From positions 106,826,001 through 106,890,000 of the forward strand of contig NC_043000.1 of the NCBI RefSeq assembly GCF_006345805.1: a stretch of 64,000 nt of DNA, read 5' to 3'. The stretch comes from Octopus sinensis. Its lineage: Eukaryota. Made by a program: the position numbers and the translations under genes. The notes under the pieces are model-generated. The model searched no databases. It was given only the letters and a program-made list of their open reading frames with translations, and was not told the origin of the DNA. Below, piece after piece: positions 27,671 through 42,554 of this stretch (position 1 is its first letter; every line of letters starts with the position of its first letter).

Positions 27671-28307
27671 TATTCCTACACTATGCATTATGATCAACAA
27701 TGCAATATCTAGAATAAAACCAGCTGCGTGTGTCTGGGTTTAAATTGAAAGTCCTCACCACCACAGTAAATTGACGATGGTTTACAACGAATCAACAAAG
27801 AAATCTTTACGCGGTCTATAATCATGCTAGAAATAGTAGCCAGATTTCCTTCGAATCACATCCTACCATTTTCTTTAAGAACATGCCACAAAAGGGTGGC
27901 GTGGGTTTTTCTGTGCCTACATTATCAGTGTGTCCATCACGTTTTTGAAGACGATAAGCTATTATATGAAAGAGTCCTGGCCGGGCTAATGTTTCTACCA
28001 GGCTGAATCTCCATGTATAGGTTCTATCGCTGACTCATTTATCACAATGTATATAATATATATATATATATATATACACGCACATTATGTTTTTGATTGT
28101 GCTTACGGTGGTTCATATGACGCGCGTGGTGATGTTTTGTTGTTTGTTGGCAAGTGAGTAGTATATATATTGAATGAATTGTATGAAATACAACCTAAGA
28201 AAAACACCTGCAAGACAGGTGTGAAAATTGATAAATATTTTTTTTTCTCTCTCTAGATTCAGCTCAGAACTGCAGCCATGCTGATGTACCGCCGTTACAA
28301 TGGAAAT

Positions 28308-28348
<41 letters not shown>

Positions 28349-28563
28349 TAGCATTAATAAATCTCCGAACGAGATGTAAACAGTTACACTTTACGTTATA
28401 TCTTAATAGTTATCGCCAAACTAATATGGCAATCCGTAAATATAGGACGAATGCTGCCGTTGATTAGCTCCAAGAGGTCATCGACTCTATGTGACACACG
28501 AAACTGTTTCTGTTATAACACTTGACAAGGGGAGGTCAGCTGCTTCCCCTTGCTGACCAGTCA

Positions 28564-28606
28564 TCTGCAGTCTAGTTTCAGGATATTTGCCCTTTATCAA
28601 TGCAGA
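28564..28606 (-). ncRNA. Degenerate hammerhead motif
   Basis: TCTGCA TTGATAA AGGGC-AAAT-ATCCT GAAAC TA GAC TGCAGA: stem I intact, core mutated. Confidence 0.5.
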
Positions 28607-31106
28607 AGAGCCGAACCCAGCAGGCGTCGCTCATGGAGGAAATTTAAACCCAAGCATGTCTTGTTGGCCACATTTGCCGCAGCTTCCAATGATATATTTA
28701 AGTCGATAGCAAAAAAAGTACATATTAAGCGGAAAACGTTTCCTTCGAATACTTAAGTCTTGGTCAGTTTTGCTTAAATTTTTGCTAATAGCTGAACTGG
28801 TCATTAGCATTTTAGCCATTGTCCTTCAGTTTCTAATTAAGCTCAGTTTCAGTGAAAACAATGATTTAAAATGTGTTGCACTTATTTTGACGTCTTCTGG
28901 GTAGCTTGTATATTATCGCTACATCGTTAGGTGTTAATTTGACTGAAGTGTGAAAGTTGTTAAATAGTAAAACAAGGAAAATAAATGCGAAATCATAGTG
29001 CAGAATTGTTTGTCTGCGAGCTCAACTGCTTGCTTATACAAAAGAAAACAAATTTAAAATGACAAATACAGTGTTAAACCCAATTAACAGTTGGTCGGCT
29101 AATTAGCTTTCTTATTAGCAAAAAGGTTAAAACGATAATTTAATTATTTACTAGATGTCTTCACAGAAAAGCGAAGCGACCGATTAAAAACATTGCAGCA
29201 TTTATTTCCTTCTGCTTTTCGACTTGAAAATCTGCCGTGGACTAGAGTCGACTCTATGGCATTTAGTTACAACCCCTTTCGCCCTTAGACCGAATCCGAG
29301 ATGAGAATTGAATTATATCGGTTTCTGATTGAGTCAGAAGACCAGCAAATTTCAGTAAAGTGTTAGCCAGCTCTAATACTTGAATGTCGCCAGCTTTACT
29401 ACTTGCGCTCGGGAGGAGAAAAAAGAAAACGTTGACCTTGATTGGTTGGATTTGAACTCAGAACGTAATAAGCCGAAAGAAATACCGCAAAGCATTTTGC
29501 CCGCTATTCTAATGAGTGTGTCACCTTACTACTTTATTTTGGTACAAGGTCATCAATTTTGAGAGGAGTGGAGTCAGCCGATACCTCTGATGCTATTACT
29601 CGGCTCATGCCATATTTTATCGATAGGGGAGTGCTGAAAACGCACAGAAACTTCTGAGGAATTTGAACGACAAACATAAAGATCTGGAAGAAAGCAAACA
29701 GTTTTGCCGGACCTTCGCCTTTGAGAAGGGAATTTTAGAAGTCTAAGACTCAGCCGTTCATCCACATATTGCCGAAGTAATAATTATCAGCAATGTACTG
29801 AAGTTGAGTCAATGACTTGTTGTATATCTTTCGCTTCGTTAAATTGCGAACGCTCTAATTTCGAGACTCAATAATTTACAAGAAGAAAACTTCGAGGTTA
29901 TTAACAATTCTAATTTGAGAAATATGCGAAATACATGACTTCCTAATGTATAAAAATTCTATAAATATTTTCAGACATCTAATTGTAATAAACAGTTAAG
30001 ATATATCCTTTGATAAAATTATAATAGTGGTACCCAAGGAGTCTCGATTTCAATACAAAATATAATAGAAAGTTACAATTATGACAGTTTCTTCTGAAAT
30101 TCTAAATAATCTGAAGCTTATGACGACTAATTAATCCAGTGAAAACTTTTCGAAGTTTCGAAAGATTATACCAAGATCACAGACTTGTTACCTTCATATA
30201 ATTTGATTCTACTATCATTTTCAATTTTCTAAGCTAATATTTAGTTCTTTCTTTCGTTATTCTTTCCTCTTGTTCTTTTTCTGTCTACAATTCTCTTGGA
30301 ATTTTTGTGGCGAGATTTTTATTTTAAGTATATCGTTTATGTTTGTTTTTTGGTATTGGTTCGTTTTAACCTTCCTTTTCTTGTATATCAGATTATTAAT
30401 TCGTAAATACTCTCGGATAATAATCATAAGTATGCATATATACATACATATATATGTGTATCTTAGCGTGTGTGTTTGTCTTCCACCACCGCTTGACAAC
30501 TGATGTTGGTGTGTTTAGCCTCCGTAACGTAGCAGTCCGGCGAAAAAAAAATCCGATAGAAAAATACCAGGCTTTAAAAAATAAGTACTGGGGGTGATTC
30601 GTTCGACTAAAATTCTTCTAAGCTTGTATACAGATACAAATATGTACGCACACATTTGTATACGCACACATATATACAGAAAGAGAAGAAATAATTATAT
30701 GTGTATGTGAAGAAATGTTGCTATGTATATGTATGTATACACGTATGTACACACTTATACCAAACAAAAAGGAATTAAAAATCCGAGCTGGTTTGTTAGC
30801 CAGCACTCCTGCGACTAGTGACTAACAGAGTGCATATGCGTAGAAAGATTATCTTTCAAAAGAAAACTATCCCTATAAACTGAAATTCCAACTTAAACAG
30901 ATTGGTCGTAGAGCATACACAAGCTCTTCTTTGCCATCTGATATGCAGTGATTCAATGAGTGGGCGTTGCAAACCTATAACCAGTAACGGTATTGTTCAC
31001 ATGATTTAAATACCTAATGCAATTGCAACGTGGAAGGTGTTTATAAACCATTTGAGAAACACACAAAAACCGTTAAATTCACTTTTTAATTTGTCGAAAT
31101 ATTTTC

Positions 31107-31455
31107 AAATTCCACCGAGGTCGACTTTGCCTTTCATCCTTTCGAGGTCGATAAATTAAGCACCAGTTGCGTACTGGGGTCGATCTAATCGACTGGCCCC
31201 CGCCCCCAAATTTTCGGGCCTTGTGCCTAGAGTAGAAAAAGAAACGTTAGCACGCCAGGCGAAATGCGTAGCCATATTTCGTCTGCCGTTACGTTCTGTG
31301 TTCAAATTCTGCCGAGGTCGACTTTGCCTTTCATCCTTTCGGGGTCGATAAATTAAGTACCAGTTACGCACTGGGGTCGATATAATCGACTTAATTCGTG
31401 TCTGTCCTTGTTTGTCCCCTCTATGTTTAGCCCCTTGTGAGTAATACCGAAATAG
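31107..31455 (+). mobile_element. SINE family S1, two units
   Basis: Two copies of gaggtcgactttgcctttcatcctttcg.ggtcgataaattaag.accagtt. Confidence 0.85.
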
Positions 31456-31898
31456 ATATGCATCGACTTTACCGCTTGTTTTAGAAAGCTTGAAACCTAT
31501 TGCCGATAGGTTAGTGGACTTCATCATACGTCATCGTTAAACGATCGTAGCTAATTTTGTGCATTTCATACCCTCTATACACGCTTACACATGATCGTAT
31601 ATATGATCGTATACATGTATATATATGTACATATATGTATATATACATGCATACACATAACTAAAAGTGAATTTAATAAAAGTCGCTCTAGATCGTTCAA
31701 TCTTCTCAACCGATCAATGGGTCGATTGAGTAAACCAATCAGTAACAAACCTATAGTGACAACTAGAAACAGCTGTAAGTAAATTTTACTACAATAAAGT
31801 AATATGTAATGACCATTATTTATGCATTGTCGCATGTGTGTGTATGTATATGTATGTGTGTGTGTACGTATATTTTACATGTGATGCATTTATTTAAT

Positions 31899-33559
31899 TT
31901 AAAATTGTATTTTCCAATTAAAAAAGTTCAGTACGGTGGTCTTCCACCAGCTCTTCAATATCTTCACTGTCGACATCCAAGCCCATAGTTTTTCCCACAG
32001 AGACATTATCATCAACAATAGTAATTTCCTCGACAGCAGCTTACATGTAGCTGTCTCAAACCCCTCAAAGTCTCGTTCTAGTACACAGTGTGGCCAAAGT
32101 TTCCTCCTCCATACTGAATTCATGGTTCTGTAACTCACTTGGTTCCATGCATTATCAATAAGATTAACATAATTCGGGATATTGAAATGATTTTTCCAAA
32201 ATTCTTCGAGAATTGGTTGAGTGTCATTAGTGACTTGAAAACACTTTCGAAACAGGGCTTTTGTGTAAAGTTTCTTAAAGTTTGCAACGACCTGTTGGTC
32301 CATTGGTTGTATTAGAGGCGTTGTGTTAGGTGGCAGGTATTTTACCCGAATAGAATCAAACTCTTCAACTAAGCCATCTTCCAAACCTGGAGGGTGAGCG
32401 GGAGCATTGCCTAACACGTGAAGGCATTTTGGTGGCAAGTTTTTTTTTCTTGCAGGTATTTTTTAACATTCGGGGCAAAAACTTCATGAATCCACTCAAT
32501 AAAAAATTGTCTGGTTACCCAAGCCCGCCACATAACAGACAATTTACTCTTCATGACATTGTTTCTTTTGAAAACCCTCGGATTCTCGGAATGGTAAACA
32601 AACAATAGAAACCTTGAAATCGCCACTTGCGTTGCCGTATAACAAAAGAGTGAGTCTATCTTTCATTGGCTTGTGCCATAGCAACGCTTTTTTCTCCTTT
32701 GTAATATAGGTCCTATTTGGCATTTGTTTCCAAAATAATCCTGTTTCATACCCCGCCGGGGGAGATAACCTCCTTCCTTTATCAAATCACTAAACTCAAT
32801 TACAAATTTCTCTGTCGCTTCTTTGTTTGAACTCGCCGCCTCTCCATGCCTAATAACACTATGTATTTCATTTCTTTTGTTAAATTTCTCGAACCAGCCT
32901 CGTTTTGAATTCAAAAGTGTCACTTTCAGCACTTGTATCAGGGGTTTTCTTTATTAGATCATTATAAATTTCTAGTGCTTTCTCACAAATAAATGCTTTA
33001 CTGATACTGTCACCTGCTAACTGTTTCTCGATTATAAAAATAAGCAATAACTTTTCCACTTCTTCGAGTATCTTTGGTCTTTGTTTATTAATAACGGTCA
33101 CTCCTTTTGCAACATCAGCTGCTTTTATCATTTCCTTATTTTTAGAACAGTAGATATTGTCGATTTAGGCACACCGTACTGCTCAACGAGATCTGACATA
33201 CGAACGCCATTTTCGTGTTTTGCGATGATTTCTTTCTTCACCGCAATTGTTTTTCTCTCAACCTTTCTTTTAACTTTACCAGTATCACTGCTAGCTTTCT
33301 TTGGGGCCATGACTAAGGGCTAAGGAAGAGACAAAAAGCACAGTACAAAAAAGTTGGAAAAGAAAAGCACAGCACAGCACACGAATGTATACAACACAGC
33401 GGTCGGCTCAGAAATTATTCCGTTCGGGTTAACTCGGTTCGGCAATGTTGTTCGAGTACCGACATTTTGTTCGATAACTGAGGCATTTTCATCTCGAATT
33501 TTCTGTTCGAAAACCGATTTGTTCGACATGTGAGACGTTCGAGAACCGAGGTTACTCTG
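31899..33559 (-). mobile_element. Tigger/pogo DNA transposon, frameshifted and lacking its 3' end (TIGD1-like transposase)
   Basis: ORF pieces: HTH psq (KKEIIAKHENG...STISTVLK), CENP-B HTH (EVEKLLLIFI...RGWFEKF...HGEAASS), DDE (YHSENPRVFK, NAPAHP, LPPNTTPLIQPMDQQVVANFKKLY); 5' TIR cagagtaacctcggttctcgaacg starts at 33559. Confidence 0.92.
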
Positions 33560-34506
33560 TTATTAAGTTCCTGCTTATACAAAAGAATTTCCTTTCCTCT
33601 TGAGCCACCAACAAAAGAGCATCTTTGTTGCTGCACAAACCTCCAGAAATAGTAGCCCAATCTGCTTCAAAGAATACCCTGCTATCTTAAAGAAGGAAGG
33701 ATACATTGGACAATGTAGTCCTAGATTGACAAAAAACATTGGATGATCGTGGCTGAAACGCTTTTGATCAAAAGTAAACTGGAGACAAACAACAATGATT
33801 TATAATTTAAACACAAAGTTAGCAACTTTGAGGGGAGGTAATTAGTCAATACCATCGACCCCAGTACTTGACCAGTACTCTATTTTATCGATCACGAAAC
33901 GATGAAAGGCAAAGTTGATCTCACCGAAATCTAAACTAAAAATGTAAATAGCCGGAAGAAATACCGCAAAGCATTTTTTTCGACACTCTAACGATTTTGC
34001 CAGCTCACCACCTTCGAGAGTTAAACAATAGAAAACAAATAGCAACAGCAATTCTATTGTTTTTTTTTTTCAAGGTACACTAGCTATATTTATTAAACCG
34101 ATGTTAGTAAACACAACAAACACTTCCCTACCACCACCACTGCCACCTGGTCTCAAAGTCTAGTTTTTATTTGAATATTGTAACATATTTAATCCGGTGC
34201 TTTTAACATTTCTGCTAACAGACTGCATTCTTTTCTAGCTTAAATAATTAATAATAAATGACTAAAACCAAAGATTACAAAACATTACGTTGGAACGGTT
34301 GAACAAGATAAAAGGAAAATACAAACAAAGGAAGCCATAGATCTTCAACAGCTTAATAATATATACCGCATTTTCTTTATGTGTCTTGGTGCTGTGGCTA
34401 CTTTTTCCTTTGGTCAGCATTGATTAAACGTAGTTCTGATTAATATGTTCAAATGATAACTACTCTGCTCTCTTTTCTTCATTTTGTTCAAGTATAATGT
34501 ATATAG

Positions 34507-34757
34507 GTGGAGGCGCGTGACTTAGTGGTTAGGGTGTCAGCATCATGATCGTAAGATTGTGGTTTCGATTCCTGGACCGGGCGACGCGTTGTGTTCTTGA
34601 GCAAAACACTTCATTTCACGTTGCTCCAGTACACTCAGCCGCCAAAAATTAGTAACGCTGCGATGGACTGGCATCCCGTCCAGCTGGGGAACACATACGC
34701 CATTGAAACCAGGAAACTGGACCCATGAGCCAGGCTAGGCTTTAAAAGGGCGCATTT
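34507..34757 (+). mobile_element. tRNA-derived SINE related to S4 head
   Basis: tgacttagtggttagg...ggtttcgattcctggaccggg...tgttcttgagcaaaacacttcatttcacgttgctccag. Confidence 0.75.
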
Positions 34758-35414
34758 AATTTATTATAATGTATATAGACCTACAGAATCTATTGTATCT
34801 TTACTTTTTTTATATGGTTATTTGTAGTAAATTTTATTTCTAACAGACCAAATAAACCCGAGGTATTACCCTTCCCTCATTGGCTCGTTCTTTTCTACTC
34901 TAGGCACAAGGAGGGGGCTAGTCGATTAGATCGACCCCAGTACGCAACTGGTACTTAATCTATCGACCCCGAAAGGATGAAAAGCAAAGTGAGCGGAATT
35001 TGAACTCAAACATAAAGACAGACGAAATACTGCATTTCGCCCGACGTGCTAACGTTTTGTCATCTTACCACCTTATCATTCTAAATGTCTTTTCCTTTAT
35101 GACATCTCTGATTTTAGTTTAGTTGGCTTGTTTTTCTAAACGTTCTTCGAGGCAGTTGATGGTGTACTAAGTGACATAGACAGAAGCTCACATATAGAAG
35201 AAGAGGAAGAAAGAGATATAGTCGATAATAATAATCGCCACACTTTTACTCTTTATTTTAACGACCACTTAAGAATGAAACACAAAGTTAACCTCAAGCA
35301 GAATTTGAACTTCAATTAGCGAGATATTGAATGTAGAGAGCATTGTCATATTACAGTGTTTTAATAGTAGTTCTCTAAAATCTAGTGTCAGTAATTAGGT
35401 CCAATGTTCTATAA

Positions 35415-35759
35415 CAGGTGTTTTCAACAAATTTTTTCATCTCTAGAACCTTCTATTACAATTTTATTCTGGTGGACCCCATAGCCATTTGACATCTAAA
35501 AACTGGTTTTATAGAAGCGTCTTTCAAAATTTCTATTTCGTTTTACACACATTAATTTGTGTAGGTTAAATTACGTAGAACGTTAGAAAAAGAAACCTAA
35601 CTATTTCTTGCAATACACACCAATACATACATCTAAAGCAAAATGTTTCAGTCCTTAAAATACTATTGTGGATCCCTAATTTACTATTTTGTTACGTGGA
35701 CTCCCAAAAGCCTTATATGGACCCTCAGGGGCCATATGGACTCCGGTTGAGAACCACTA
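35415..35759. mobile_element. hAT (Charlie-like) MITE
   Basis: TIRs caggtgttttcaac / gttgagaaccacta; candidate 8-bp TSD ttctataa / ttttgtaa (6 of 8 match). Confidence 0.65.
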
Positions 35760-36244
35760 TTTTGTAATCTAAAGATGTAATTACTCGCTAGCATAAACCA
35801 GCATCTTGACAGTAAACAAGCTGTTCTATCTCTTCATTTCTTCGAAATTTCTTGAATACATAACAGTTCATTGAGAATTCCCCGACTCACTTCTCACTTC
35901 CATCATCAAGGCACTATTTCTCCTTTCTCCTGGGATCACATCAACCACTCCTCCCAGTCGTCAGCCTTCAGGAATTCTTTCCCAGTACTTTTGTTTTCTA
36001 ATAGAATTTCTTCAAGAACATTAACTGTGTCGATCTCAAGGAGCATCCGATGGACATGAGGATAGCTTCTTGCTCTAGGCCAATCATTAAGAGGAAAAAG
36101 TGACATCTATATCTAGCGATGTCAATTATCTACCAACACCGTTAGACAATTCGAAAATGATATTCATATCCTTCTTCTTATCACCCCTCTCCCTCATAGA
36201 TACATTTATACATACACGCACGCACACACACACACACACACATG

Positions 36245-36282
<38 letters not shown>

Positions 36283-37157
36283 ATATTATATATATATATA
36301 TATAACGTAAAAGGATGGACAGTGGCAGTTCATTCCGTCCTTTAAGTGTTTCCCGAACGACTCGTTAATTAGTTAATTAATTAGACATGTAATTACATGT
36401 AAATACATGTATTATGTGTCCGCCAAATCTTCAGGCCCTGGAACTGCATTGGTAACGAAATGAATATGCCAACGATTCGATCCAAAAACCTTACAACCAA
36501 ACTCCAAATTCTTTCACGGAGATGTTTGAGCTTCTTTTACTTTGCGGGTGTAAACCTTAATTTTCACCTAATAATTATAAAGTACTAAACCGTGGATTTA
36601 TTATACATTTAATATAACAAACACAAAAGTAGAAATAATAAGATTTACAAACTCGGTCTCAGCCATTGCATTTCATTTGTCAATTGCAAACTATTTTTTT
36701 TAACGTTTTATAACATTTATAATTTATTTAAACCGTCCTTTATCATCGTTTTAATTCAATTATCTGTTAAACAGCTTTATCACACCATCTACATTACTTT
36801 TTTGTAACTATTTCTATTCTTCCTTTCTCTCCACCTTCAAACCCTTATTCCTCTCCCATTATTTATTGATATTTTGGTAACAAACTGCTACACATGTTCT
36901 CTATAAAACAACACTTTATTTTATCACCACTCTCTCCTTCTCTTCATTTTTTGAATCACTTACATCACTGACACGTTAGATATTTAAAAGGATATTGACG
37001 TATTCTCTTTTCCTTCTTTGACCATTTAATATTTTCCCACTTTCTTCTTCTTTCTCTTTCTCCCGTCTTTTCTATTTTCCTTTCTTTCTCTCTTCTCTGA
37101 TTCATTTTGATTACCTTTATCACTCAATATATATACAGGAGACACGTGAGATGGAAG

Positions 37158-37201
37158 AGTCGCTGATGAGGTCACAGGTGTGTAACGAAAGATTTCCAAA
37201 C
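37158..37201 (+). ncRNA. Degenerate hammerhead motif
   Basis: CTGATGA GGTCACA-GG-TGTGTAAC GAAA GATT TC; stem I is poor. Confidence 0.4.
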
Positions 37202-38999
37202 AATAGAACAATATAAGAACAATAATAAGAGTGATGAATGAACATATAGTGCGTGTGTTTATTTGTCAAGAAAAAAATTACCCTCCCGAAATATAACAAT
37301 ATCTGACCACACGGTTACCATCTTGCAAAATAAATTCATAAAACATATATATATATATTGGCCTGCTCGCTTAGCCAGCGGGGTGGCGTCATTCGAAGGC
37401 TAAAACAATGCGAACGCATTGTGACCAGTGATGTCTGATCGGTCACGTGATCACGTGATATATATATATATATATGGCGTTTCCCCAGCATGGCTATAGT
37501 CAAATGACTGAAACAAGTAAAAGATATATATATATATATATATATAGCAGAAGTATCAGAGTGACTCAAGGTCCAAGAGTTTCGTGCGTATATACAACGT
37601 AATGCTCTTTGCTCTTTGCTTCAATCTATTTTTAAAATAAATTTATAAAGTAGATTTTAACTATTTGCCAAAATGAACGTTATTACCAACTAATTGTGTT
37701 TGCATGTATTTTCTACAATAAAATATCTTTCTTCATCAGCATACGTTCAGTATAGTAGTGACCCTTACCAAAGGCAGAACAGAGTCATTTACGTTGATAT
37801 TTCCCGCTAAATTTCCTACATGATTTACAGCCCCCACATGAATACACACACAAAATATACATACACATGTCTATATACGAACGGACACACGTATTTATAA
37901 CATATAATGAAAGACTGCAGAACGAGGCTGCGATTTTGATAATAGCTTCGGTCGTTCAATGTTAATTCCCAATATATCCATTACATGATCTTCTGAAATA
38001 TGGCATATTGAAAAGAATATTATTATCTCTCGCTGTTACAGCCATCAGCAACGCAAACACCCTCACAATCGCCACCACAACAACACTAAGAGCCCATATT
38101 TGTAAAAACTACAACCATACACATTTACTGCTGATTTTATTTCAATGTTGATAACTACTAACCAAAACCGTTAGAGAAAAAATGAAAAACTCTGACACAT
38201 CAACGAGAGAATTGCTACCTGGTCGCACAACCTGCATAAAATAGAAGCCAAATCTGCCACATATCATGCTCTAACGCCTCATAAAAGATAGGATATACAG
38301 TGATAATGTATACCTACATGCTTTATAACTGATGGAAAGGTTATGGTTTGAATACATTGCATATGTTTAGTCAGGAACTGAGATGAGGCTAAACCAAAAC
38401 TACCACCACTACGACAATAAGTGGTGAATTGGCTATGTGCTCTGGTACTTGCCTCTTTGAGATCAAATCCCGTCGTGGTTAGTTTTGCTTTTCATTCTTT
38501 CATGGTAGATAAAAAAAGGACCAATTCAGGGTGACGGATTGACAGCACTGTAAGAACGTCAGATTAAATACCTTACGGTTTTTGCTCCAGTTATTTGTTT
38601 GCTAAATTCAAATCCCACCTTCAGATGGTAAACTTAACTTGTCGCCTGGTGTAAAACTACCATCACCAGCTACCTTGGTACATTTAGCAAAGTCCACTCT
38701 ATTGCAAGAATTTGCGCCAGGCATCGGATTTGCGGACACTATCCTCCCTCCTTTCCACTAGTCTCAGAGACATTGTGAAGGATCATAGGCACTGCTTTTC
38801 TGTTGACTAAAAGATAAAAGTAAAATAAAAAATAAAAAACAACAGCATGTAAGTATAATAAACCAACGAGGAAGCCTCAATGTGATCTCCTGATCTGCTA
38901 AAAGTAACAATCAAATCTTCAAATAGCACGAAGCTTAAATACGCTGTTTTAAAATAATGATCACAAGTCTGCGCGATCATGGCTGAGATTGAACATCAA

Positions 39000-41300
39000 C
39001 AATATATATGACGTTGTTTTTACTTTGGTATCGGACGCGAACCGATGCTGTCAACGCGATATGCCTGTAAATATATAAAATTTTTGAAGTGATATTGTCG
39101 GGAGATTAATTTTGAACTTCTAACGGATACTTTATGGGATTATGTACACGATAAGCATTTCGTCATATTTCTGAACGTGATACAGTGTTCTATATTGCCT
39201 CAAACTACCTTCATACCAAAGAATACGGAAATATTTTACGAGAAATGTCAATAAGGTTAATCCGACGATGTTTTCTAAGCACACAAAAGGTGAAGAAATT
39301 GGCTCTATTTATCTCACCGGTGCGTAGGATTAATATATACTTACGTTATATTGTAGATGAGAGCAAGAAAGACTGACCCAGGAGCATCTGCATCTGATTA
39401 TGAATGTAAGCTGCTTGTTTGTGAAAACTGATGTTATGTAAATATATGGATGTAAATATAGAAATATATTGCATTAGCTTTACAAATCTCTTGGAATTAT
39501 GTTTTAACTGAATCAATGTAGTAATAGAAGTGGGATGGAATCGGAAGAAAAACTAAAAATAAAAAGAACCGAACTTCCTTAATATATTTTTTTATTATTT
39601 CGCATTTGTACTCTGATAGAATTTAAAGCTAAGACTGGTCAAACAGCAGCAACCAAGCAATTACATTAGGGAGCAAACATTATTCTTTATTATCTCAAGA
39701 ATGAAAGTATCTGATTCTTACAACTCTGTAACATTTCTCTATCAGCTCAGGCTTAGTACTGCATGCAATTTTTAAAATCTACATAGTTGTACCATTTTTT
39801 AGAATACGATCAAAACGGCAGTTTAAAAACTAACTTGGTGTCATTTAGTGCTATACTTTAACGACATATTGCACACGATTGCTTGTTAAAACTGAAAAAG
39901 GTCACCTACTATTTCAGAATAGCAGTCGGGGAGTAATCTTGAACCTAAAATTTTAGCCTACTACTTTGATAAATTTAAATCCCGAACCCGGTAATCCAGA
40001 TCTCTATGTGACAGTAAATAGTTGATTGGAAGAAGAGTTAATCATTAACGTTGAATAAGAAATGTCTTCAACTTTTTCCTCGTGAATTACTCCAACATAA
40101 TTTGATTCAGAATCACGTGAACTAACGTGCTCATGAGGATTTAATACTGATAGTTGAGCACTGTGGGTATTTGGTCTCGTTACAAGCAGGTAGATTAAGA
40201 TATTTAAGGAATCTATTTCTGAAGTAATTCCGTTTGTGCTCACAAGGCAGAAATAGCAAGTCTCTTGTGCGATCTGTGGTCTCCCTCTAAATTATTGGAA
40301 TAGCAAATGACACGTAACAAGAACCATTAGTCATCCTGCTATTAGTTTTATACATATCACACAACTAATGCAAGGAAGCCCAACTCTTGTCCTGGCCACA
40401 CACTGTACATGCGAAATCGGTTCGTAGCATATTTTTATAAATGACGTACAGTTTCCGGGATTTCGAAGTTAGATCAACATGTACATGGCTGAACGAATTA
40501 AGATAATTCAGACAACATGATAATGCATCAATATGAGCATGGAAGTAAATTAGAATCAAGAAACAACCCAATACTAAGGCATGTACAACAGATTGTCCAA
40601 CACGTAGACAACGGAGTCATGTTTGAATAGATGTAAACGTTTTAATTTCCAAAAGATGGCTGCTTACCCAAATTTAAACCACCTGCTTTATCAAAAAATT
40701 CTCACCTAAAGAATAAATTTACTAAATTTACATGAAAACTATTACTGCCAATATGTTAATAAAGTCTTTAATTATTGTTATATTAATATGTAATTCCTTT
40801 TTTCCAATGATAAATGATAAATGATGTTGGAAAATTAAAATAAGGTCACGTGGAAATGAGAAGTGGTAAAGTGCTACGAAGTGTACCAAAATAAATGAAG
40901 AATGAACTTTTCCATCCTTAACTTCAAGCGGAAATTGATATACAAGCACCATGAGGAGGTGCGTGTCATTCACTCTTGTGTCAACTATATTTTTGAGAAC
41001 ACTGTATTTTGATATTGTTAAATACAGCGAAGAACTTTAGTAAGTGATGAGTAAATCGAAATGACTTAGTAAAATCGATTAATATAACCACAACATATCT
41101 ATGGTACTCATTTCAGTCAGCTTCTTAAATGAATTTAAATCCCGACGAGGTAATCCAGATATTTTTGCGACATTAAGTTTCTGTTTCATTAGAAAAAGAG
41201 ATAATCTAAAATTGTGCCTGAAATGTCATCATTTGACTCCTTATCCGCTGAAGTCATATGCTCAGGAGAATTTAATACCAAAACTACTATGAATTGAGTA
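39000..41300 (-). pseudogene. Possible highly decayed protocadherin sequence
   Basis: Minus-strand fragments NYVGVI...SSNQLFTVT, AHIDALSCC, DFINILAVIV, LNDT, ADRE and TGEI resemble cephalopod protocadherin EC1-EC3 motifs as recalled; no long ORF. Confidence 0.35.
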
Positions 41301-41341
41301 TCAAATTTGGGGGAATTTGGTCTTATTAGAAGCAAGTAAAG

Positions 41342-41666
41342 GACCCCTTCGGTCATGAATGACCATGGGATTGCACCTAGAAAGTTCCCTTCTGAAGCAC
41401 AAGTCCAGGGAAGGTTGTTTAAGGAAGATCAGCAATCGCCCATGTCTACGAGCCTGCCCTCCCCGCGTCACCGATGTTATCCAAGGGAAAGACAAATGAC
41501 GATACAGCTTGACACCAGTGACGTCACAACCCATTTCTACAGCTGAGTGAACTGGAGCAACGTGAAATAAAGTGTCTTGTTCAAGAACACAACACACAGC
41601 CCGGTCCGAGAATCGAACTCACTACGTCATGATTGTGAGTTCGACGCTCTAACCACTGAACCATGA
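41342..41666 (-). mobile_element. SINE family S4
   Basis: Colinear with 24484-24817. Confidence 0.85.
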
Positions 41667-41727
41667 GTCTAGAAGCAGGTAGATTAAGGTATTTACCAAT
41701 GATGATCTCGCAAGAAATATATATATA

Positions 41728-42470
41728 ATACAAAATGGGACAAGAACGCAAAACATCAGGACAGTTAGGTGATACAAAAAAGGGGCAACAAAACATCCAG
41801 ATAGACGATACAAAGAAAACAACGACGGGTCATTCGGAGTTTTCTTTCTTCAGTCGAGTTCCAGATTATCTTTGCAGTTTCGGCTGGTTATACTCGAAAT
41901 TGCTCCAATCTGGCCAGCCCCAAGGAAAAACTAAGCTAAGAGCATTAGATTCCTTGGAAGAAAGCAGCGAATGTATACGAAAACAAGGACGGAAAGAAGG
42001 GAGAATGTTACACAAATACAAATAACAAGACATAACAACAGGTGTCTTTCGACTAAGGATGAATTAAATTAACCTGGCGTGTGTGGAAATAAAGCCGTAC
42101 GGCAAGGATAGAAGATTTCACAGGTACAGGGAGGAATATAGATGTTGCATGGACGACGGCCGAACCAAGAAAGAAAGATCAGGCTTGGCCGAACACCGGT
42201 CACGTGGAGAGAGAAGAGAGAGAGAGAGGTAGAGGCATAGGAACAGAAGAATTCTGGAGGGGCGAGAAAATGACAGGGACACAGTGAAGTGAAAAGAGGA
42301 GGGAAAGTGAGCAAGAAGAGAAGGCAGGGAAATGTGAGAGAGAGGGAACGAAAGAACGAAGAGTGGAATGAACGAATAAGTGTGAAAGGGCTGATAGAAA
42401 GAAAGAATAGAGTCGTACAAGATTTAGATAAATATATACTTACATATAAGGAACCAAAGTGTACGTTTGC
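41728..42470. mobile_element. Unclassified repeat inserted at TA; its left end recurs at about 45030-45102
   Basis: caaaatgggacaagaacgcaaa.catc..gaca..taggt.atacaaaaa.gg..caacaaaacatccaga is shared by both loci. Confidence 0.6.
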
Positions 42471-42554
42471 CGCAATATATATATATAATCGGTCAGTGGT
42501 TCATAAATCCGAAAAGAAGCATACTCTAAAACTTTAGAGCAATAATACCTACAG

